Shown here piece after piece: positions 53,730 through 64,000 of a stretch of 64,000 nucleotides of DNA. The DNA lies in contig OZ024742.1 in assembly GCA_964016885.1 (NCBI GenBank), positions 328,662,001 to 328,726,000 on the forward strand. Direction: 5' to 3'. The stretch's first letter is position 1, and each line of letters opens with the position of its first letter. This DNA is from Eledone cirrhosa. Lineage: Eukaryota. The notes under the pieces are model-generated. The model saw nothing but the letters and a program-made list of their open reading frames with translations. It ran no database searches and was not told the origin of the DNA. The position numbers and the translations under genes were made by a program.

Positions 53730-55944
53730 GTTATATATAGTTCTGAATGTTGAATTCTGGCGATTTCTACAAGAATTAAATAAATTCGTTCTGTGATTAA
53801 TAGAGTTTTTACATTTAAGTATGAACAAATTGTCATCAATACACAATTTGCAGAATCTAAATAAAGCTGTGTTTCGGTACGCGGGTGCTTTTTGAAACTG
53901 TTTTCCAAGCTAATGAATAGTCCATATTCTTGCATTTTAAGTTCCATATCAGGTTTGAAAGAGGAGTTGAAGATTGTTTTATCGGAAAGAGCATTTGTGG
54001 TTATTCCAGCGACTTTTAAATTCTGTAGAAGTTGCACCGACATAGTTAAATATATTATCACTAGTTTTAACTGTACATTTATAGACCACGTTTTTATCTA
54101 AACACTTATTTTGTAAAGGACAGTTTGATTTAATTCTACAGTTACATTTGTTGTTTTTCGGAACGGTACTATTATGTTGGATATTGTTCTTATTTTGGTT
54201 ATTTTGCTTAGGGTATACATTTCTATTATTAATTCTATATATATTCTGTGCTATGTTCATAGTAGTAGAGTAGGATAGTTTTATAATATGCCTGTTAAAG
54301 ATTGAGTGGTATCTGTGGGCTTTAGGAAAACATTTATCTAGTGCTTTAAAGAATAGCTTTGCTAAAGGTGTTTTTACGCTTAAAGAGAATGGGGGTGAGT
54401 ACCAAATAATATTTCTAGTTCTAGTTCTTCTGTTAGTTTTAGAGTTTAAGTTAGATTTGTTATTATTATTACAATTAATAGTAGGGTTATTTGCCTTATT
54501 ACTGTTGTCGATGTATTTAATCTTATTTATATACCCTACTCTATTTAAAGCTTCATTATAATATTCTGCCTTATCGTCAAAAATGTTTTTATTAGCGGAG
54601 ATGCGTGAAATCCGTTGTTGGACAGAATTTACAATAGTGTTCTTGATAGATCTAGGATGATTAGAGTTAAAACTTACATAGTTTAGATTCTCATTAATTT
54701 TTTGGAATGGATAGTAGAGCCCTGTGTTAAGGTTTAATGCTACGTCTAAAAAGTTAACAATTTTATAGTTATTCTCTATTTCTAACTTAAGGTTGTAGCT
54801 ATTGAAGAATTGTATTATGGATTTTCTTTTCCTATTAATTTTACAATTACTATGATTTTCAATTAAAAGCAGTATATCATCACGATATAAACCACCGGTC
54901 ATCTCTGGTATTTTTCTATGCAGTGTATTATTAATAAATAGCCCCACAAGATCCGTTATTTGCACCGAGTTAGATGATCCCATGGTGATATCAATATTAT
55001 TTTCTCTATCGGCTCTTGTCCAGAGATGATTGTTGGATTCAATTAAAGTTTTCCGTGCAGTTAAAATGATATGCATTTCTTCGCTAGATAAATATGTATG
55101 TTTAGATGCATAGATAAGAGCTTTATTAAGTAAACTAGGAGTAATAGAGGAGTAGAAGTTTGCAATATCCATTTGAAGGAATTTTTTGTTATGTTTAAAT
55201 ATTATGTTATTGAACCAATCTATAACCTCGTTAGTACCGTTCCATAGTTTTAGGTAAGATATTTCTCTAAGTTGCGGTATGATTCTATCTAATATATCTT
55301 TACTAACTATGTCTATGTCTGATTTAGATGGTGCTATAAGTCTGACTGGTAGTTCTATTTCAAAAGTATCTTTTGTGGTCTTTCAGGTTAATATTCGGTC
55401 TTCTAGGTATAAAGGGTTCGGTCTTATTTTCGATGCCTAATTTATGAATTATTTTAGAAGCTTCTCTATTTACCGTTTGAAGATCTTCATTAGTTGTTAA
55501 TCTGTAGTTTTTCCTTAGTTCTTTCAATATAAGGTTATTGTATTCTTCCTTTTCCATTCCGTATAGATTGTTAGTTTTGTCAGATTTTACTAGGATCTTC
55601 TCAGTTTTTTCAAGATTGTCTATATTATTCTTGAGGCTTTTAAGCTATTCATGGCTTACAAATTGGTTTTTCTTGAATTTGATGTTTTGTATGATCGATA
55701 TTATTTCATTTTCAAATTCCATTAATAGTTTGTTGTTAGGTGGATTTTTCTTGGATTTGAAGATCATATCGAAGTTGTAACTGGATTTATTTGATTTTTC
55801 ATCTGATTTTCTATCGAAATGGAAGTCACGCCATCTAAGTCTTCGTATAAAGGAGTCAGATTTCTCAATGAGTTGTTTAAGATAGTCCTTATTCTCAGGT
55901 AAAGGTACGTCTTTTAGAGAAGAAGAAATCCTAAAGAATTCCAT
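53730..55944 (-). pseudogene. PLE RT-GIY-YIG ORF (YRDD type), one stop and several frameshifts
   Basis: YLKQLIEK..FIRRLRWR; KSDKTNN; LKDHK; DIANFYSSI; DITMGS; GLYRDD; VNFLDV; SNHP; CNCRIKSNCPL..VVYKC..YVGAT..FKSRWNNH. Confidence 0.92.
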
Positions 55945-56130
55945 TATTTAGCAATCAGTTATAATTTAAAGTGCTCAACATTAAAGGAGATATTTATAAG
56001 TAGGAGTATTTAATTTGTTGGAAGTCCGACAAATATAAATGTTTATAACTGATTTAGAACACTCAACAGTTACTGGAGTAAATATTCAATTATATTAAAT
56101 AAATGGAAACTATATTTATAAAGCCATATT

Positions 56131-56193
56131 TATTGTATTATATATATTTCAAGGGTACCAAGACACATTGGTACGCTTTCATCAGATACAATA
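56131..56193 (-). ncRNA. Hammerhead ribozyme (family C), 5' pLTR
   Basis: Same as the other copies, but helix I is TATTGTAT/ATACAATA (compensatory pair). Confidence 0.85.
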
Positions 56194-56376
56194 CAAAGTT
56201 TGTTTTATAAATTAAGACATACCCATGAAAATCATACCTTATCGGTTGGAAATTCACTGGATATTGGAAATATATTAAGGATGTTTCAAACTTGTGTGTG
56301 AATATTCAAATGAATATGTAAATAATTGAAAAACAACCGTTTATTTAAACGATTATGGAGAGAGAGAGAGAGTTAG

Positions 56377-56449
<73 letters not shown>

Positions 56450-57567
56450 GCGAGAGAAGTGATAGGGGGAGAGGATAAAATAGTGCTAGAGAGAGAGAAG
56501 AAAGAAACAAGAGAAGATGAATAAAACTCATATAACGTTACTTTGAGGGAAATATTATAAGTATATATCTTAATAGTACGTGTATTTACGATTATTAGTT
56601 GTTTAAAATTTGTTTATAATATAATATACTTTTAATATTTGTTTATAATATATTTTTAATTTTAATTTTAATTTTAGTTTTAATTTTAATTTTAATAATT
56701 TTTATTTCTTTATTTTTATTTCTTTAATTTTTATTTCTTTAAAAATTACTTATCTCTTATAAATTATTTAAAAAAAATTTCTCAAATTTTTCGATATTTT
56801 TTCAATACTTTTTCAATATTTTTTCAATATTTTATCAATATTTTTTCAATATTTTTCAATAGATTTATAACCATTAACTGATTCTGGCTAAATGTATCTT
56901 TCAACATCTATACTTATTTTAACTAAATAGTCTCACACTAACGAATAAATAAATTAAACCGGAGTTTTTCCGTATATTCCCATTTTACATCATATGAATA
57001 TAAATATTCTTATTAACTCAGTTAATTTAATTTAATTTAACTTAATATTTATTTACATTAAATACAAAACCAATATCCCTCATAACTCATTAGAACAATT
57101 ATCTATAACATGATATACCCATCTATTTATTTATTTATTTATTCATTATTTATTTATTTATTCATTTATTTATGTATTTATGTATTTATTTATTTATCTA
57201 CTTATAGCAGAAGAAAAATATTATATTATAAACACATTTTAAACAACTAATAATCTTAAATACACGTACTATTAAGATATATAATTAGAATATATTTCCC
57301 TCAAATTAACGTTATATGAGTTTTATCCATCTTCTCTTGTTTCTGTCTTCTCTCTCTCTAGCACTATTTTATCCTCTCCCACTATCTCTTATCTCTCTCT
57401 CCATAGTCGTTTAAATAAACGGTTGTTTTTCAATTATTTACATATTCATTTGCATATTCACACATAAGTTTGAAAAATCCCTAATATATCCAGTCAATTT
57501 CCAGTCAATTTCCAACCGATAAGGTATGATTTTCATGGGTATGTCTCTATTTATAAAACAAACTTTG

Positions 57568-57630
57568 TATTTTATCTGATGAAAGCGTACCAATGTGTCT
57601 TGGTACCCTTGAAATATATATAATAAAATA
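57568..57630 (+). ncRNA. Hammerhead ribozyme (family C), inverted pLTR
   Basis: 8-bp helix I, helix II AAG-C-GTACCAA/TTGGTAC-C-CTT, intact core, palindromic TATATA. Confidence 0.85.
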
Positions 57631-57676
57631 AATATGGCTTTATAAATATAGTTTCCATTTATTTAATATCATTGAA

Positions 57677-58050
<374 letters not shown>

Positions 58051-58383
58051 CTATATGCATGTTTGTGTATAAACGATTATAGTAATCAGTATCTTGTATC
58101 TGTGAGTGTTTGTCTCTTTGTGTCCGTATATGTGTTTATGTGTTTCTGAGATTGTTTCCTTCTTTGTTTGTGTGTTCGTAAGTGTGAGTATGAATGGGTG
58201 TGTCTAAGTGTGAATGCGCGTGTGTGAATAACATTAGAAAGAAATAGGAAACAAACAAAACACAAAACGACAAATATAAGATGAACAAGATAACATCAAA
58301 GCAGAATGTACAGAATCATACGAGACGTAAGAGAATATGTATATATATATATATGTGTTTGTGTGTATGTATATATATATATA

Positions 58384-58461
<78 letters not shown>

Positions 58462-58482
58462 TATATACTTACACATATGTAC

Positions 58483-58970
58483 GTATGTGTTATATCGAAC
58501 ATTAATAATAATGTTCGATTCGTTTGTGAACAAACGGCCCGATTTGAAGCTGTACCAGCCGGTGACAGATCGTCACCTGTTTGATCAACACTGGCTTTGA
58601 GGAATAATCAACATGTTTCTGGATCATTATCCTTCATCAGGACTGTATACATCTGCCAGTCTGTTGAACGGTTGAAAATATATCGTATTTTCGTAAGTAA
58701 AGATCGGCTGAATAGTCTCATTTGCATACAGAGCGAATTACGGCTGGCCGTGCCGAATATTAAAAAGAAAAGGGGAATTTTATTTCTCGCCCTAGCACAG
58801 CTGATACATAAATGTAAGTATTCACACGTACACACATATATTACACACACACGCACACACACAGACACACATACACACAGGCACACACACACACACACAC
58901 ATATATATATACATATATATATATACAAATACATATGTCCGTATGGGTTATATCGGACATCATTATTAAT
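58483..58970 (-). mobile_element. Diverged family A relative, ~1.07 units, HHR at 58606-58644
   Basis: Collinear with family A; GTATG.GTTATATCG.ACAT at 58483 and 58941; HHR AGTC-CTGATGA-A GGAT AATG ATCC A-GAAA-CATG-TT-GATT. Confidence 0.75.
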
Positions 58971-59063
58971 ATATACATATGTGTGTGTGTGTGTACATGT
59001 GCACACTTACATCTATGTATCAACTGTGTAGGCCGAGCAATAAAATTCTAATTTAATATATAT

Positions 59064-60302
59064 ATTTTCAGCAAGGCCTTCGACAGGGTTGATCATAAGA
59101 TTCTACTGAAAAAAACTATCCAATGTTGGTGTCTCTGAAAGGTTACTACAGTGGATAAAATGTTTCCTGACAGACAGAACCCAGCATGTTGTAGTCGAAG
59201 GAGTAAAATCAAGCCCTGCCAAAGTCAGCAGTGGCGTCCCACAAGGCACTGTGTTGGGCTCACTTCTTTTCATCATCTTCATTAATGACATTACTGACAT
59301 CATGAATCACAGCAACATGAGAATCTTCGCAAATGATTCCAAGCTCCAAAGCGTCATCAATGAGGTGGGTGACCGGACTTGCCTTCAGTCAGACCTACTG
59401 GTTGTTATCCAATGGGCAGAAAAGAATAATATGCTGTTGAATGAGGATAAGTTTGAATTAATCCACTTTGGAAAAAAAGGATGCCCTGAAACTACCATAC
59501 TTTCTTCCTTCGGTTGAAACTCTAGTGGCATCCAATAACATCAGAGACCTAGGAGTAATTGTGGACAACAACATAAGCTGGGCCACTCATATAAATAATA
59601 ATGTTGATATGGCCCGCAGAATGTGTTCCTGGATTCTCATAACATTCCAGTCGAGAGATATTCACACTGTTATCCTTCTCTTCTCCACATTTGCCCGACC
59701 CGACCTTGAATACTGATGTCCACTGTGGTCTCCCCGCACGAAACAAAGTATCATTAAAGTTAAAGCACCCCAAAGATCAATTACAAAAAAGATAGAGGGC
59801 ATGACAGGCCTTGACTATTGGAGTCGATCAGAAAAGTTCAACCTTTATTCTCTCCAACGTCACCGTGAGCGTTACATTATCTTCATGATGTGGAAAATAT
59901 TCCATCAGCTTTGCCCAAATGATGTTGGCATCGCCTTTAATGTACACCCAAGGGTTGGGCGCCATGCTATCCGCCGACGACAAAAATCTCACTGGCATCT
60001 CTTAACAACAATACCGCACAATTATTTCACCTCAATTGGCTCTGCTCTCTTTAATATTACACCAAAACACATAAAAGCAGAAACATAACCCATCAAGTTC
60101 AAGAAGTCTTTGGATAAATTCCTTCAAGAATAGGATAAGCCTCCTACACCTGGATATGCCTCCGTAAACAATAACTCTCTGCTCGAGTGGGCCATGGAAC
60201 CCAAACACTGATTTGTAAGACTTTGCCTGGTGGTTCTATTAAGTTAGACATGGCCTGGGCCAATACTGGCCGAAACCTATCAAAGTCAAAATTATCAAAG
60301 TT
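59064..60302 (+). mobile_element. CR1/L2-group LINE, 5'-truncated
   Basis: FSKAFDRVDH; SGVPQGTVLGSLLFIIFIND; IFANDSK; RDLGVIVD; RPDLEY; LYSLQRHRERY; 3' ATCAAAGT repeat. Confidence 0.9.
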
Positions 60303-60305
60303 ATT

Positions 60306-60351
<46 letters not shown>

Positions 60352-60395
60352 GATAGATAAATATACATGGGTGTGTATGATTGTGTATAGAAGAT

Positions 60396-60782
60396 TATAT
60401 TAATAAGAGGAATTCGAACTTTGTCTGATTTACTCGTTTTATTTACAATCCTTTAAAATTTATAATGGTATTATAATGAAATAGTATGATAGAATATTAA
60501 ATGTTAAGTGTTAATTTAACAAGTACTGTCATGCTTTCGCAATCTTCAGGTTCATAATGTGTGGTGACAGTCAAGTTTGCAATTTTCAACTGACAGTTGA
60601 AAATTGCAAACTTGACTGTCACCACACATTATGAACCTGAATATTGCGAAAGCATGAAAGTACTTGTTCAATTAACACTTAACACTCAATATTCTATCAT
60701 ACTATTTCATTATAATACCATTATAAATTTTAAAAGATTGTAAATAAAACGAGTAAATCAGACAAAGTTGCAATTCCTCTTA

Positions 60783-60790
<8 letters not shown>
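60396..60790. mobile_element. Near-perfect palindrome (~197-bp arms, 1-nt centre at 60593) with a helix-II-less HHR motif
   Basis: ...TTTCAACTG-A-CAGTTGAAA...; motifs at 60516-60554 (-) and 60632-60670 (+); ends at (TA)n. Confidence 0.88.
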
Positions 60791-60843
<53 letters not shown>

Positions 60844-60971
60844 AGATAAATCTACCAAAATATACGGTAGTATCCAATCCGTATGAAGAACTCAATGTAA
60901 TCCAAATATCATGAAAAGAGAAGATGTATTCAACATTTTTTCGATGAAAATCACAGGAAAACAGAGTCAAG

Positions 60972-61312
60972 ATAAATTAATAAAAACAATGAATAAAAAC
61001 AAAGAAACAGTTCCTTGTATTAAAAAATTCATCATTTTACGATCGTTTCTAGGATATATGTGTTGGTATGTATATCATCTAGATCTATGTAAACATTTTA
61101 CAAACTATCAGAGGAAATGTACATACCTACACATATATATGCTGTCTTCAGAAATAATATTATTTCTGAAGGCAGCATATATATGTGTAGGTATGTATAT
61201 TTCCTCTGATATACATACCAACACACACACATATATCCTAGAAACGATTGTAAAATGATGAATTTTTTAATATAAGGAACTGTTTCTTTGTTTTTATTCA
61301 TTGTTTTTATTA

Positions 61313-61317
<5 letters not shown>
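60972..61317. mobile_element. Palindrome (centre 61158/61159) with long-helix-II HHR
   Basis: Minus 61033-61156: TATTT-CTGAAGA-CAGC ATATATATGTGT AGGTATGTA...TACATACC AACACATATAT CCTA-GAAA-CGATCG-TA-AAATG; ends at (TA)n. Confidence 0.82.
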
Positions 61318-61356
<39 letters not shown>

Positions 61357-61369
61357 AGTGAGAGAGAGA

Positions 61370-61426
<57 letters not shown>

Positions 61427-61427
<1 letters not shown>

Positions 61428-61930
61428 TCTTTAAAAATCTACAGAAGTAATGCTAATGGCTGCGCAAGACCAAGCATTCAGAACAAAGTGGGTGAAACTC
61501 CATATTTACAAGGAGGAGGCTAGTTCACTGTGTTGGATCTGTGGAGAGAGAGAGAGACAGAAGACTGTAGCTCACATTGTAACCGAGTGTAAACACCTAG
61601 CCCAGACTCACTATAAGGGCTGGAGACATGATGTGATAGGCAGGGTGATCCACTGGCATCTATGCAAAGTAAACAATTTACCACATTCTGAGTAGTGGTA
61701 TGAGCATAAGTCACAGTCGGTGATAGAAAACGATCAGGTGAAGGTGCTATGGGATTTTAGGATACAGACGAATTTTAGCATACAGACCAACACTTCAAAA
61801 GCATGCTTGCTGGGAACAGCAAGAATCCTCTGATACGCCCTGAATGTCTGAGGCTGCAGGTAGCGACTTGATATTAATTTCAACAACCTTCCTGTTAAAT
61901 AACATCAATGACTGAGACTCAAAGAACAAT
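61427..61930 (+). mobile_element. R4/Dong-like 3' fragment between (AAT)n tracts
   Basis: LMAAQDQA.RT..CWICG..TVAHIVTEC..RHD..GRVIHW..WYEHK..KVLWDF.IQTD; internal deletion; (AAT)n on both sides. Confidence 0.87.
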
Positions 61931-62010
61931 AATAATAATAATAATAATAATGATAATAATAATAAATGGGATCAAAGAATCAGTATTGCATCATATACAT
62001 ATTTAATTAG

Positions 62011-62098
62011 ATATTACATGTGTTCCACCGCCGAACAGCTTAAGGAACGATCGAATAATGTTCGTTCCTGTCTCTGGAATCGGGAGCTATTCAGATAT
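62011..62098 (-). ncRNA. Decayed hammerhead (family D)
   Basis: ATAT-CTGAATA-GCTCCCGATT..AGGAACGA..TCGTTCCT-TAAGCTGTTCGGCGGT-GGAA-CACATG-TA-ATAT. Confidence 0.5.
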
Positions 62099-62271
62099 GT
62101 GTTCTCACACGTAATCGTACGTCCAAATATGTATGTGTGTGTGTATATATATATACATATATGCATCCGTACATATATACATTCGTAATACTTTTATACA
62201 TATATTACATATATCCGTACCTACAGAAACCCATAGACTCGTATATATATATATATATGCACACCTCTCTC

Positions 62272-62338
<67 letters not shown>

Positions 62339-62682
62339 AGATATATATATATATATAGAGAGAGAGAGAGTATTTATTATTCATAAATATATAATACATA
62401 TATTTAGATTTATATGTATAAGAACGTATGTGTAAATGTGTTTGTATTCATACACATAAATATGTCTGCCTGTTCGCAGTTAATTAACGTAATATAGGTC
62501 TAACCTACGTTATGCTGGACATTTTTATAATGAGATAAAAATCCCCTGCAGAGTTATAAACAATGGAGAGATGTTATCATTGTTTACGAGTCAAAATATT
62601 ACATTTAACACGATGACAGAATTAATACTACAACGTAACAAAATACTGGCAGAATGAGTGTATATACATTCAAACACATGTT

Positions 62683-62821
<139 letters not shown>

Positions 62822-62881
62822 ATATATGTACATACCTACATATATTCTCCGTTTCTTATGTGATATATATATATATATATA

Positions 62882-64000
62882 CGATATTAATAAATGGAAA
62901 CTATATTTATAAAACCATATTTATTTCATTATACATATTTCAGGGATACCAAATTAAATCATGGTATGCCTTCATCAGACAAAATACAATATATAACAGT
63001 TTTACAAATAAGCTTTGACGTACCCTATTAAAATGCAACCATTATTTTTGGAAGCCATCCGGATAGTGAATTGTTTATATTATTTTAATAAGTCATAGTG
63101 TTAAGGACAATTAGAAAAAGACGGAGAGAAAGAAAAAAACCGAGAGAGAGAAAGAGAAAAACGGAGAGAGAGAAAGATAAAACTTGGAGAAGTATCGGAG
63201 AGAGAGAGATGCATGGAGAAAAAAGAAAGAAAGAGATAAATAAAGACAGGAAGGAGGAAAGAAAGAAAAAAGGAAGAAATAAGAAATAAGAAATAAGAAA
63301 AAGAGAGGAAAGCAACAGAGAGATATTAAGTCATCAGACAGATAGAAAATCTCAAGAGAGAGAAATATTATATAGAGAGAGGGAGAGAAAATGAAAACTT
63401 TACGTCATGTCAAACTTGAAATACTGAATACAGATGCATCTTGTATAATGCATGAATTAGACATTGAGAATAAAACACAACCCTTCATGCCTAGGAAACC
63501 TAAGATCAATATGAAAGATCACAAAAGAAACTTTGAAAATGACTTACCAGTCAGATTAATTGCACCATCTAAATCTGACCAGGGCAAACTTAGCAAAATA
63601 TTCTAGACTGGGTAATTCAACAAATTAAACACTTACCTAATTTATCTTACTTAAAATTATGGAAAGGGACTAGTGAGGTTATCGATTGGTTTAAAGAAAT
63701 TAAATATAACTATGATAATAAGTTTATTCAGCTGGATATTGCTAACTACTATTCATCTATCACTCCTAATCTACTGAATAAGGCACTAAATTACGCATTT
63801 AAACATACTGACCTAACTAGCAAGGAAAACATTGATAGAATTTAATAACCAACTCTGGACTAGGGCAGATAGAAATAATAATTTCGACATAACTATGGGA
63901 TCATCAGACTCGGCTTAGGTAACGGACCTTGTGGGCCTATTTATAATTAATTCGCTACATAGAAAAATACCAGGTGTAACCGGAGGCTTATATCGTGATG
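62882..64000 (+). mobile_element. PLE family C: inverted pLTR (HHR 62922-62986, -) fused to a truncated RT running off the window
   Basis: KPKINMKDHK..PVRLIAPSKSD; LDIANYYSSITP; FDITMGS; GGLYRD from ~63420; the pLTR matches the 23828 copy. Confidence 0.88.

Larger units (their letters stand above)
52844..57670 (-). mobile_element. Full-length PLE (family C) with two direct pLTRs and one inverted pLTR
   Basis: Direct repeats ~52844-53380 and ~56003-56620; inverted copy ~56860-57670; AT-rich TTTTTCAATA repeats at the inversion centre; (TA)n flanks. Confidence 0.93.

Overview
AT-rich, microsatellite-dense animal genomic DNA. The SINE families and repeat landscape suggest an octopus or other cephalopod (inference only). 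I find no convincing host protein-coding gene; most ORFs in the supplied track are translations of (TA)n, (CA)n, (GA)n, (GAA)n or (GTA)n. The window is almost entirely mobile DNA: two families of Penelope-like retroelements (PLEs; RT plus C-terminal GIY-YIG), a Tigger/pogo transposon, a deleted mariner, two Chapaev3-like DNA transposons, a hAT-type MITE, R4/Dong-, RTE- and CR1-like LINE fragments, a solo LTR and many tRNA-derived SINEs. The main hidden signal is at the RNA level. About 20 minimal type-I hammerhead ribozyme (HHR) motifs from roughly 9 sequence families sit in PLE pseudo-LTRs and in short non-coding, mostly palindromic elements inserted at (TA)n tracts, and several show compensatory base changes between copies. 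One family is a circularly permuted ~425-460 bp retrozyme-like unit. One HHR variant lacks helix II. One palindromic family carries, instead of a canonical HHR, a covarying kink-turn-containing RNA motif that I cannot assign. All coordinates were read by eye and may be off by a few bases; no searches or folding programs were run.
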